A DNA stretch of 64,000 nt. Origin: Candidatus Latescibacterota bacterium (GTDB lineage Bacteria; Latescibacterota; UBA2968; GCA-2709665). Shown in pieces: positions 1-9,342 of this stretch. Every line of letters begins with the position of its first letter. The first letter of the stretch is position 1. The stretch spans positions 4,096,001 through 4,160,000 of the forward strand of contig OZ242358.1 in NCBI GenBank assembly GCA_965208835.1, read 5' to 3'. Below the pieces are notes generated by a model, which was given only the letters and a program-made list of their open reading frames with translations, did no database searches and was not told the DNA's origin. A program made the translations under genes and the position numbers.

Positions 1-384
1 TTTAATGATTACGGTGAGCGTCCTCTGCGACGTCGATTCGGCTCCGGAGTCTCCGGCCAACTTGGCGCCCCTGAAAGCGAAATCGACCAACCCGACAAGA
101 ATCAGAGATGGAATACCAGCCTTGCTGGACGAGTATGCCTTTTCCGTGGAGATCTTGTCATATATCCACACTTCCCGCCGCTCTTCGTCGGTCGAGACGA
201 CATTCGGCGATCCGAGAGCCTGAGCGACCTCAGCGCCGCTCATGCCCACTCTGATTTCCTTCTGGACCACTCCCACGGTCATCCGGTCGCCCTCGTCATC
301 CCGCACAGACGATCGGTGGTGCTGTGCCACCATGCAGCCCGACAGAGTCAGTACGGCAATTGCCGATACGAAGTAAGCCTTCAT
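1..384 (-). CDS. BamE/SmpA-OmlA-like outer-membrane lipoprotein (runs off the window edge)
   Basis: Not in the ORF track; translated by hand from ATG at 384: MKAYFVSAIAVLTLSGC (lipobox)...IRVGMSGAEVAQALGSPNVVSTDEERREVWIYD...QRTLTVIIK. SD GAAGGAGG upstream. Confidence 0.75.
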   Translation of the reverse strand, partial: MKAYFVSAIAVLTLSGCMVAQHHRSSVRDDEGDRMTVGVVQKEIRVGMSGAEVAQALGSPNVVSTDEERREVWIYDKISTEKAYSSSKAGIPSLILVGLVDFAFRGAKLAGDSGAESTSQRTLTVIIK

Positions 385-564
385 TTTCGATTCCTCCTTC
401 TTGAATGCATTCCGATTTCACGCACGTCGAGTCACGTGCATGCTGAACCCGGTCACGTACGTATAAGTACGTTTTGCGACGGTCTTTCCCTCTGCGGATG
501 CGGTTATAAGCCGCCGATACGCAGCCAGTGACGAGAGGCAATATTCACCAATGCACGATTCAGC

Positions 565-3500
565 CTATCCCGAAGTCCCGAAGGCATCCACAAACTCAAA
601 GAAATCTGCAAAGTTCACGATGCCGTTGTCGTCAAGGTCGTATTTCGCGTCCGTGGTGCCGAAGGCGTCCACGAAGTCGAAGAAGTCCGCGAAGTTCACG
701 ATGCCGTCGCCGTTGAAGTCCGCCGTCTTCTGTCCCTGGGTCTGAGTGCAGTCCGGCAAATTGAGCTTGTCCAGATCATTTTGGGAAACGTCCCTCAATG
801 ATGGCGGGACGCAACCTGTCAGCGAGTTCCCCGAGAGATACAGCAGGCCCAATCTGGCCAGTCCGCTCAATGTCGAGGGAATGGACCCGGTCAGCCTGTT
901 GTCGTCCAGGCGCACTTCCTGCAGCAGACTCAGATTTCCCAGATCCGCGGGGATCGTACCGGTAAACCTGTTGCCAAATATGAGCAGCTGCCACAGTTCG
1001 GTCAGGTTGCCCAACTCAGTCGGGATTGCGCCGGTCAACTGGTTCTCGTAGAGGTTCAGTATCTGCAAGCGGCGCAGGGTACCAACCCACGACGGGAAAT
1101 TGCCGGTCAACCCATTGATCTGAAGGGCAAACTTTCGAAGGTTGGTCAGGTTTTTCAGCTCCGCGGGGATGGTACCGGTCAAACGGTTGCTCGGAAGAAC
1201 CAAATGGGTCAGGCCGGTCATCGTACCCAGCGCCGCGGGGATGGTCCCTGTCAACTGGTTGTAGCCGAATTGCAACGCGTTCAGGCCGGTCAGGCGGCTC
1301 AACCCGGCCGGAATGGTTCCGTTCAGGCTCTTGTTCCAGAGTCTCAAGTTCGTTACGCGCTGCGGCGTGCCGCTTATCGTAACGCCGTCCCACGTCGCGA
1401 TCGCGGTATTCTCCGACCAGTTCAGCGACGCTGTCCCTCTCAGGGGATCCCTCGCCTCCAGCAGCACATTGCAGTCGGAGACCAGCCACGGGTTGGCGGC
1501 AGGATTCGGCACGGCGCTTCCGGTCGCGCACGGCCCCTGCGGCGCCGGCGGCGTGGGAGCGGCGGCGACCGCGAGGGCCAGACCGAATGGATTGTCCAGG
1601 CCATCGGATCCGGTCACAAGGTCTTCCACGTTTGAACCGTCCAGATCGGCGCGCTGGATCCTGTCATTGTCCAGGTCCGTCCAGTACATCTTGCCCGCGG
1701 CCAGGTCCAAGTCCACCTCGACTGGTTTGGCCAGACCGCGGGTGATGACGTCTTCGATATTGGAGCCGTCAAGGTCGGCTCGCTGAATCACGCCTGTTTC
1801 GCGATCCGTGAAGTACATCTTGCCGTGTACCACGTCCAGCGCCAGACCGCTGGGACTCCCGAAACCGCTGGTGATCAGGTCTTCCACGTTAGAGCCGTCC
1901 AGGTCCGCACGCTGGATCTTGTCGGCCGACGAGTCCGTCCAGTACATCTTGCCGCCGGACACGTCCAGAACCAGGCCGGCCGGGCTGTTCAACCCCCCGG
2001 CGACCACCAGGTTCTCAACGTTGGAGCCGTCCAGGTCCGCACGCCGGATCCTGTCCGTACCCCAGTCGGTCCAGTACATCTTGCCGCCGGACACGTCCAG
2101 CGCCAGCCAGACCGGCGTGTCCAAACCGCTGGTGATCAGGTCTTCGACGTTCGAGCCGTCAAGGTCAGCACGCCGGATCTTCTGCGTGCCCGAATCGGTC
2201 CAGTACATCTTCCCGGCAGACAGGTCCACTGCCAACCCGACCGGGGTATTCAGACCGCTGGTGACCACGTCTTCCACGTTCGAGCCGTCCAGGTCCGCAC
2301 GCTGGATCTTCTGCGTGCCCCAGTCCGTCCAATAAAGCTCCGGATTCGCCTGCGGTTCGTTCACGTCGGTCAGGTTGATCGTCACGTCTATCGTGGCACT
2401 GCCGCCCTGGCCGTCGGACACCCGCACCGTCACGTCGTAGCGGTTCTTCACCTCGTAGTCGTAGATGACGCCCGTTTTGGTCTGCAACTGGCCGCTGGTT
2501 GAGACGAGGACGAAACTCGCGGCATCCGTACCCTCCAGGCTGTAGGAGAGTGTTCCACCGTCGCCATCCGTCGCACGAATCGGGCCGCCGACGTTCTGTC
2601 CCGCTGGCGTATTCTCTGCGAAGCTGCGCGTTGTGCTGGCGCCTTCGCTAAACGTCGGTACGTGATTCGTCCCTCCGCCTACCTCCGCGGTAACCGGCAA
2701 CTGCGCCGTCAGCGACGCCCCACTGTAATTCGCGATTGCCCCGGCGCCCACCGTGAACGTCAGCGTGCCGTCGGTGTCAATGTCGCCGTTAAAGGTCAGC
2801 GTGACTGTCACCTTCGTGTCGCTCACGCGCTGGACACCGAACGCGCCCACGCTCACGCCGGTAATGCCCGATACTGTCACACCACCCCGAACGTCGAAAA
2901 TGGAACTTGCGTACGCGCCGCCCGTAAGTGTCAATGTGACGACGCTGCCGTTCAGCGTCGCCTCGGTCAATGGAGACGGCGTCGACGCCGTCACCGATTC
3001 CATCCCCGCGCTCACCGGCAGTGTCGCGATGAGTGCGAGACCGCTGTAGTTCGCGATCGCGTCCGCGCCCACGGTGAACGTCAACGTGCCGTCCGCGTCG
3101 ATATCGCCATTGAAGTCCAGTTCAACCGTCACCTTCGTGTCGCTCACACGCTGGATACCGAACGTGCCAACGCTCACGCCCGTAATCCCCGATACGGACA
3201 CACCGCGCCGGACGTCGAAGATAGAACTCGCGTAGGAACGACCCGAAAGCGTGAGTGTCACAACGCTCCCGTTCAACGTCGCCTCCGTCAAGGACTGCGC
3301 CACTGTCGCAACAACGGTTTCCTCCAGGGCAACTACATCTACCTGGTCCGTAAGCGCGGGTCCGCTGTAGTTCGCGAGTGCCCCCGCGCCCACGGTGAAT
3401 GTCAACGTGCCGTCCGCGTCGATGTCGCCATTGAAGTCCAGTTCAACCGTCACTTTCGTGTCGCTCACACGCTGCACCCCGAAAGTGCCTACGCTCACGC

Positions 3501-5040
3501 CGGTAATTCCCGACACCGACACCCCGTCGCGGACGTCGAAGGTAGAACTCGCGTATCTCGCCCCGGTAAGCGTCAACGTCACCACGCTCCCGTCCAGCGT
3601 TGCCTCCGTCAATGGCGAAACCGTTGTGGCGGTAACCGATTCCATCGCCGCGGCCACTGAAAGTTGTGCCGAGAGCGCGGGCCCGTTATAATTCGCGAGT
3701 GCCCCCGCGCCCACGGTGAACGTCAGCGTACCGTCGCTGTCGATGTCGCCGTTGAACGTCAGCTCAACCGTTACCACCGTATCACTCTTCCGCTGCACGC
3801 CGAACGTGCCCACACTCACACCCGCAATACCCGACACGGACACCGCATCTCGGACGTCGAAGATGGAACTCGTGTATTTTCCTCCGGTGAGCGTCAACGT
3901 TACCAGACTCCCGTTCAGCGTCGCTTCGGTTAACGGTGATGCCGTTGTTGCCGTCAACGTCTCCATGGCAGCACTTACCGGCAACTGCGCGGTCAGTGCG
4001 GACCCGGTGTAATTCGCGATCGCGTCCGCGCCCACCGAGAACGTCAACGTGCCGTCGCTGTCTATGTCGCCGTTGAACGTCAGCTCAACCGTTACCACCG
4101 TATCACTCTTCCGCTGCACGCCGAACGTTCCAACGCTCACCCCGGCAATGCCCGATACTGACACGCCGTCACGAACGTCGAAGATCGAGCTCTCATATAG
4201 GCCACCAGTCAGCGTAAGCGTCACCACGCTCCCATTCAGCGACGATTCGGTCAACGGCGACGTCGTCGTCGCCGTCACCGATTCCATCCCCGCGCTCACG
4301 GTCAACTCTGCGGTCAACGCGGCGCCGTTGTAGGACTCGATCGCGTCGGCGCCCACTGTAAACGTCAGCGTACCGTCGCTGTCGATGTCGCCGTTGAAAT
4401 CCAACTCAACCGTCACCGTGGAATCGCTCACGCGTTGCACGCCGAACGTGCCCACGCTAACGCCCGCAATTCCGGACACCGAAACGCCGTCACGAACGTC
4501 GAAGATCGAACTCTCGAAATCTCGTCCGGAAAGCGTCAACGTCACCACGCTCCCGTCCAGCGTCGCTTCGGTCAACGGCGACACTGTCGATGCCTCCACC
4601 GTTTCTTCCACCGACGGGATAGACAAATCTCTCGTTAGCGCGGCGCCGTTGTAAGACGCGATGGCTCCCGCGCCAACCGTGAACGTGAGCGTTCCTTCTT
4701 CGTCGAAGTCTCCGTTGAAGTCCAGTTCTATCGTCAATTTGGTATCGCTTGCACGCGTTATCCCGAACGTCCCCACGCTAACGCCTGCAATCCCCGATAC
4801 CGTTACCGCCCGACGGATGGAGAAGATAGACCGCTCGAAAGTACGCCCGGCAAGCGTCACGGTAACCTCGCTGCCATCCAGCGTCGCCTCGGTCAACGGA
4901 CTTGACGTCGACACGGTGATCGACTCCTGAACCGCAGGAACGGGAACCTGGGCGTTTCCCGAAACCGGCAGGGCGAATGCCGCCACAACGACTCCCAACG
5001 TCATCACGGCGGATCGCCAATTCCAAACTCTCCGTTCCAT
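565..5040 (-). CDS. Giant secreted adhesin-like protein: 7x ~107-aa beta repeat, cadherin, YWTD propeller, LRR, C-terminal dockerin-like EF-hand pair
   Basis: Signal peptide; 7 LTEATL(D/N)GS-type repeats; cadherin motifs (AENTPAG..ATDGD..DYE..DVNE); 6 YWTD repeats; LxxLxLxxNxLTGxIP LRRs; DFNGDGIVNFADFF/DLDDNGIVNFADFF tail. Confidence 0.9.
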   Translation of the reverse strand: MERRVWNWRSAVMTLGVVVAAFALPVSGNAQVPVPAVQESITVSTSSPLTEATLDGSEVTVTLAGRTFERSIFSIRRAVTVSGIAGVSVGTFGITRASDTKLTIELDFNGDFDEEGTLTFTVGAGAIASYNGAALTRDLSIPSVEETVEASTVSPLTEATLDGSVVTLTLSGRDFESSIFDVRDGVSVSGIAGVSVGTFGVQRVSDSTVTVELDFNGDIDSDGTLTFTVGADAIESYNGAALTAELTVSAGMESVTATTTSPLTESSLNGSVVTLTLTGGLYESSIFDVRDGVSVSGIAGVSVGTFGVQRKSDTVVTVELTFNGDIDSDGTLTFSVGADAIANYTGSALTAQLPVSAAMETLTATTASPLTEATLNGSLVTLTLTGGKYTSSIFDVRDAVSVSGIAGVSVGTFGVQRKSDTVVTVELTFNGDIDSDGTLTFTVGAGALANYNGPALSAQLSVAAAMESVTATTVSPLTEATLDGSVVTLTLTGARYASSTFDVRDGVSVSGITGVSVGTFGVQRVSDTKVTVELDFNGDIDADGTLTFTVGAGALANYSGPALTDQVDVVALEETVVATVAQSLTEATLNGSVVTLTLSGRSYASSIFDVRRGVSVSGITGVSVGTFGIQRVSDTKVTVELDFNGDIDADGTLTFTVGADAIANYSGLALIATLPVSAGMESVTASTPSPLTEATLNGSVVTLTLTGGAYASSIFDVRGGVTVSGITGVSVGAFGVQRVSDTKVTVTLTFNGDIDTDGTLTFTVGAGAIANYSGASLTAQLPVTAEVGGGTNHVPTFSEGASTTRSFAENTPAGQNVGGPIRATDGDGGTLSYSLEGTDAASFVLVSTSGQLQTKTGVIYDYEVKNRYDVTVRVSDGQGGSATIDVTINLTDVNEPQANPELYWTDWGTQKIQRADLDGSNVEDVVTSGLNTPVGLAVDLSAGKMYWTDSGTQKIRRADLDGSNVEDLITSGLDTPVWLALDVSGGKMYWTDWGTDRIRRADLDGSNVENLVVAGGLNSPAGLVLDVSGGKMYWTDSSADKIQRADLDGSNVEDLITSGFGSPSGLALDVVHGKMYFTDRETGVIQRADLDGSNIEDVITRGLAKPVEVDLDLAAGKMYWTDLDNDRIQRADLDGSNVEDLVTGSDGLDNPFGLALAVAAAPTPPAPQGPCATGSAVPNPAANPWLVSDCNVLLEARDPLRGTASLNWSENTAIATWDGVTISGTPQRVTNLRLWNKSLNGTIPAGLSRLTGLNALQFGYNQLTGTIPAALGTMTGLTHLVLPSNRLTGTIPAELKNLTNLRKFALQINGLTGNFPSWVGTLRRLQILNLYENQLTGAIPTELGNLTELWQLLIFGNRFTGTIPADLGNLSLLQEVRLDDNRLTGSIPSTLSGLARLGLLYLSGNSLTGCVPPSLRDVSQNDLDKLNLPDCTQTQGQKTADFNGDGIVNFADFFDFVDAFGTTDAKYDLDDNGIVNFADFFEFVDAFGTSG
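2690..4930 (-). repeat. Seven tandem 321-nt coding repeats
   Basis: 321-nt period is visible in the DNA and in shadow ORFs (e.g. 3395 vs 3716). Confidence 0.9.
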
Positions 5041-5053
5041 AAGTCAGCATCCC

Positions 5054-8000
5054 CTATTCAAAAGTGCCTCGCGTGACACGTCCTCCCTCGATGCTGCATC
5101 CGCCGGCAGAAACACAGGTGTATCTGGTTCCGTCCTGCAGCTCGATCAGGCCGCCGTTCTGGAAGCTGAGTACCGCGCGCCCCCCGCTGATTGTAAGGCT
5201 CGCATTCCGAATGAGCCTGGGCACGAAGAAGCCGGTGGGGAAGTTCGGAAGCACGTCACCGACGCCCCAGGTTCCGCCGCCGTTACCGCCTGCGGCGCCT
5301 ACGGCCAGTCCGGATGGGTCGACCAGCCCGTTGGCGCTCGTCAGGAGGTCTTCGACGTTGGACCCGTCCAGATCCGCGCGCTGCACCCTGTCGGCATCCA
5401 CGTCCGTCCAGTACATCTTGCCGCCCGAAACATCAAGGTCCAGCCCGTTGGGAGTCGTCAGACCGGTGGCAACCAAATCTTCAACACCGGAACCGTCCAG
5501 ATTTGAGCGCTGGATCTTGCGGTTTCCGCGGTCCGTCCAGTACATCTTGCCGCCCGACAGATCCAGGGCAATGCCGGTTGGGCTACTCAGTCCACTGGTC
5601 ACGAGGTCTTCCAGATTGGAGCCGTTCAGGTCCGCACGCTGGATCTTGTCCGACCCGGGATTCGTCCAGTACATCTTTCCATTGGCCACGTCGAGTGCGA
5701 TTTCACCAGGAAATGCCAGGCCGGCCAGCGTGAGGAGGTCTTCAACGTTGGAACCGTCCGGGTCCGCGCGCTGGATCTTTCCGTTCTGCCGGTCCGTCCA
5801 GTATATCTTGCCGCCGGACACGTCAAGCGCCAGACCGTACGGCACGCTCAGGCCGCTTGTGATGACGTTCTCCACGTTCGAGCCGTCCAGATCCGCACGC
5901 TGGATCTTTGCCGTACCCGCGTCCGTCCAGTAAATCTTGCCGCCCGATATATCCACGGCCAATCCGTCCGGGCCGTTCAGGCCCGCGCTGCTGACCAGGT
6001 CTTCGACGTTGGATCCGTCCAGATCCGCGCGCTGGATCTTGTCAGTACCCCAATCCGACCAGTACAGTTTCGACGTACCCGTGGCGGGGGGCGTCGTCGC
6101 CGCAACAGTAATGCTTACCGCGGCGGAGCAGTTGTTTCCTGTGTCGGATTCACCGGATACCGCATCCACACAGGCGCCGTAGTAGTAGGTGCCGGAATTC
6201 GAAGGCGCCGTCAGGTCAATCGCCAAAGCCAGATCAATCGATCCGGGATTCCCTCCCGACGCCGCAAGGCCGTTCACCGCGTCCGTTCCAACTTCCGTGT
6301 CGGACGTTGAGATGCTCGCGTCGACCGACATATAGTAGCGCAACGTCGTAGCCGCCGACATCTGATCGCCCTGGTTGCGAACTGACGCGCCCAGCCTGAA
6401 GGTGTCGCCGGCAGCCGGGCTGCTGTTGCTGACGAAAGGCGAAACGACAACCAGGTCGGCACCGCCTCCACCCCCGCCGCCGGAACCGCCACCCCCGCCG
6501 CCGGACGCCGTCGCCAGGGCCAGACCCGACGGGTCCACCAGCCCGTTGGCTCCGGTTACCAGGTCTTCCACGTTGGAGCCGTCCAGGTTGGCGCGTTGAA
6601 CCTTATTCGTGCCGGTGTCGGCCCAGTACATTTTCCCTCCGGACACGTCGAGAGCCAGGCCATTCGGTCGATCCAGACCGCTGGTGACAAGGTCTTCGAC
6701 ATTGGCCCCACTGAGGTCCGAACGCTGGATCTTGTCCGAACGCCTGTCCGTCCAGTACATCTTGCCCCCGGAAACATCGAGTGCGATCCCGGTCGGACTG
6801 TCTACGCCCCTGGTGACGAGGTCTTCGACTCCTGATCCATCCAGGTTGGACCGCTGAATCCTGTTCGCGCCCGGATTGGTCCAGTACATCTTGCCGCCAG
6901 ACACGTCCAGGGCCAGACCGCCGGGAAACGTCAGACCGCTGGTGATCAGGTCTTCCGCGTTGGCGCCGTTGAGGTCGGCACGTTGTATCTTGTTCGTCTG
7001 CCGGTTCGTCCAGTACATCTTGCCGCCAGACACGTCCAGGGCCAGACCGTACGGTATTCCCAGGCCCGTTACCAGGTCTTCCACGTTCCCGCCATTGAGA
7101 TCAGCACGCTGGATCTTGTTGGCGCCCGCATCCGTCCAGTACATCTTGCCGCCTGCCATATCCAGCGCCAAACCGTCCGGCCCGTCCAGTCCGCCGCCGG
7201 AGACCAGGTCTTCCACCCCCGAGCCGTCCAGGTTGGCGCGCTGGATCTTGTCGGTTCCCCAGTCCGTCCAGTAGAGTTTGGAAGCTCCAGGGGTGGGCGG
7301 TGGTGGCGCCGCAGCAACCGTCAGGGCAACGGCGGGCGAACAGTTGTTCCCCGTATTGGACTCGCCGGAAACCGCGTCGACACACGCGCCGTAGTAGTAG
7401 GTTCCCGAACTGGAAGGCGCCGTCAGGTTGATCGACTCCGCGCTAACGCCGCCGGCAGAGAGTCCGCTCACCGCGTCAGTGCCTGCTTGCGTGTCGCTGG
7501 TGTTCACTGTCGCGTCGGTCGAACGGTAGTAGCGCAAGGTCGTCGCGGCAGACGTTCCGTTACCCTGGTTCCGGACTGTCGCGCCAAGCGTAAAGGTCGC
7601 CCCGTGCGATACGCGACTGCTGCTCAGAGAAGGGGACTGAACGACCAGATCCGGGTTGCCGCTACCACCACCCCCACCGCCCGGCGATGGCGGTGGACCT
7701 CCAAAGCCTTGCGCGAAGATCAGAAAATCCGTAAAGTCAACCGAACCATCGGAATTCAGGTCCTGCGCGGCATTGTACCTCCCGTCGCCCTGCCGCGACC
7801 CGAACGCGCCCGCAAAAATCAGAAAGTCCGAAAATCCGACGAAATCATCGCCGTCGAAGTCGGGAGAGGGCGCCGAGTTAAACGTAACCTCACTGCTTGT
7901 CCTGAGTTCGTCGCTCGAGGTGGGACTTTCCGCGAGGGTAACCGACTCGATGCCTATGGCGAATTCCCGGCCGGTTACGTCCGCAACGGTCGTAAACTCC

Positions 8001-8386
8001 GCACGCGCCAGAAACCCGGAAGCCGCCAGTGTGACGGGGCTTGACGCCGCCAGGTGGGTGCCGATGGAGCCCTCCGGAAGCGACAGTGGGAACGCGCTGT
8101 TTTCTGCCTCTTCATACGACAGCAACGAAGCGTCGAAGTCGAATTTCAGGATCATTCCGGCCAGGGACGTCCGCACGCCGGTCGCGAATACCTCAACGGC
8201 GATGGTTGTGCCCCGACCGGAAACTGTTCCCGACGTGACCCCGTCATCCGTCCGGTTTCCGGCGCCTACACCAGGAATCAGATCAAGCGACAGGACGGCA
8301 TTGGCATTGGCGCCGGCGAAAGCCTGTCCGGAAACGACGACGACCGCGAGGGCGGCAATCAACAACAGAATCCGTTTGGGAAGCAT
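5054..8386 (-). CDS. Secreted protein: cohesin-like domain, dockerin-like EF-hand pair, 2x (CARDB + six-bladed YWTD propeller)
   Basis: Signal peptide; LAGMILKFDFDASLLSY cohesin-like strand; DFDGDDFVGFSDFL/DLNSDGSVDFTDFL; PDLVV..VRNQG..YYYGACVD..ESxTGNNCS twice; 12 YWTD-type repeats. Confidence 0.88.
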   Translation of the reverse strand: MLPKRILLLIAALAVVVVSGQAFAGANANAVLSLDLIPGVGAGNRTDDGVTSGTVSGRGTTIAVEVFATGVRTSLAGMILKFDFDASLLSYEEAENSAFPLSLPEGSIGTHLAASSPVTLAASGFLARAEFTTVADVTGREFAIGIESVTLAESPTSSDELRTSSEVTFNSAPSPDFDGDDFVGFSDFLIFAGAFGSRQGDGRYNAAQDLNSDGSVDFTDFLIFAQGFGGPPPSPGGGGGGSGNPDLVVQSPSLSSSRVSHGATFTLGATVRNQGNGTSAATTLRYYRSTDATVNTSDTQAGTDAVSGLSAGGVSAESINLTAPSSSGTYYYGACVDAVSGESNTGNNCSPAVALTVAAAPPPPTPGASKLYWTDWGTDKIQRANLDGSGVEDLVSGGGLDGPDGLALDMAGGKMYWTDAGANKIQRADLNGGNVEDLVTGLGIPYGLALDVSGGKMYWTNRQTNKIQRADLNGANAEDLITSGLTFPGGLALDVSGGKMYWTNPGANRIQRSNLDGSGVEDLVTRGVDSPTGIALDVSGGKMYWTDRRSDKIQRSDLSGANVEDLVTSGLDRPNGLALDVSGGKMYWADTGTNKVQRANLDGSNVEDLVTGANGLVDPSGLALATASGGGGGGSGGGGGGGADLVVVSPFVSNSSPAAGDTFRLGASVRNQGDQMSAATTLRYYMSVDASISTSDTEVGTDAVNGLAASGGNPGSIDLALAIDLTAPSNSGTYYYGACVDAVSGESDTGNNCSAAVSITVAATTPPATGTSKLYWSDWGTDKIQRADLDGSNVEDLVSSAGLNGPDGLAVDISGGKIYWTDAGTAKIQRADLDGSNVENVITSGLSVPYGLALDVSGGKIYWTDRQNGKIQRADPDGSNVEDLLTLAGLAFPGEIALDVANGKMYWTNPGSDKIQRADLNGSNLEDLVTSGLSSPTGIALDLSGGKMYWTDRGNRKIQRSNLDGSGVEDLVATGLTTPNGLDLDVSGGKMYWTDVDADRVQRADLDGSNVEDLLTSANGLVDPSGLAVGAAGGNGGGTWGVGDVLPNFPTGFFVPRLIRNASLTISGGRAVLSFQNGGLIELQDGTRYTCVSAGGCSIEGGRVTRGTFE

Positions 8387-8532
8387 CGGGGAACACTCCT
8401 TTGTTTCGACGTCGATTTCATTCCGGCAACTCGACCGGGGTTGAGATTCGAATCTTGGCTCGCGACGTCGCGATTGAATCTCCTGCGCGTACGATGTCGA
8501 CTGGATTCAGAATCGTGGAATTGTAGTCAGGC

Positions 8533-9342
8533 TTACTTCAACAACAGCATCCTCCTGGTTGCTGAGAAACTGCCCGCTTGTATCCGATACAGATAGATGC
8601 CGCTGGCCACGCGCCGGCCCAGCGCGTCCGTCCCGTCCCACGTCGCAGTAAAAGACCCGGCGTTTCTGCGTTCGTTCACCAGGACGCGCACCTCCTGGCC
8701 GATCAGATTGTATATCGCCAGCCGAACCATTGCCGCCTCCGGCAACTGGTAGCCGATCGCGGTGGAGGGGTTGAATGGGTTGGGCATATTCTGCTCCAGA
8801 TTGAACCGATCCGGCAGCGGCTTCAGATCGCCGATTTCGGCGTGATGCAGCATGTCGACGGCGCCATCCATGCCCACCAGAACGCTTTCCGATACCTGAA
8901 AGTCGGACGACAACGGCGTTGCGCTCGTCCTGAACACAAGCTCGACGAGCTTCCCGCCGCCACTGGCGCCTCGGCCGTCGATCTTCACCGCGCCAATATC
9001 CACCTGCCCCGGCGTCCGGTTCGAAGACAAGAACAGGGTCTCCTGACCGGAACCGGATTTCAGCAGGTTGCCGTCGAGTTCCGTGGCACTAACGAACTCA
9101 TACTTCAAGGGATCGTATTGCAGCGAAAACCCGTATCCCTTCAGATCACTGGTCTGCGCCACCGACACGAGCATTTTCAGAACGCCGCTTTCCGCGTCCG
9201 GGTCGTTCACGCGCTCCAACTTGAGCGTAGCGCCGGAGTTCCGACCTCCGGTAATGGTCAGCCCGCGGGTCATGTCACCGGCGAATACCTGGCCGATCAA
9301 CACAAACGCCGCGCAAACGGATGTAGAAACGAGATTCCACAT
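8533..9342 (-). CDS. Cohesin-domain protein with C-terminal FlgD-Ig/T9SS-type sorting domain
   Basis: Signal peptide; DLKGYGFSLQYDPLKYEF..GGGKLVELVF cohesin pattern; LEQNMPNPFNPST..WDGTD..VASGIYLYRI..RRMLLLK tail; SD GAGGAGG. Confidence 0.88.
   Translation of the reverse strand: MWNLVSTSVCAAFVLIGQVFAGDMTRGLTITGGRNSGATLKLERVNDPDAESGVLKMLVSVAQTSDLKGYGFSLQYDPLKYEFVSATELDGNLLKSGSGQETLFLSSNRTPGQVDIGAVKIDGRGASGGGKLVELVFRTSATPLSSDFQVSESVLVGMDGAVDMLHHAEIGDLKPLPDRFNLEQNMPNPFNPSTAIGYQLPEAAMVRLAIYNLIGQEVRVLVNERRNAGSFTATWDGTDALGRRVASGIYLYRIQAGSFSATRRMLLLK

Noticed and set aside
1570-7280. Regular ~129-nt repeats (GTCCAGTACATCTTGCCGCC) as a CRISPR array
   Set aside because: They are in-frame YWTD blades inside long ORFs, the intervening segments are mutually similar, and no cas genes are present.
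565-8386. Diversity-generating retroelement or shufflon behind the repeated modules
   Set aside because: No reverse transcriptase or recombinase, and no non-coding template repeat with adenine-specific differences was seen.
746-8596. Many plus-strand ORFs over the adhesin genes
   Set aside because: Antisense shadows of repetitive, GC-biased minus-strand genes; no recognisable motifs.
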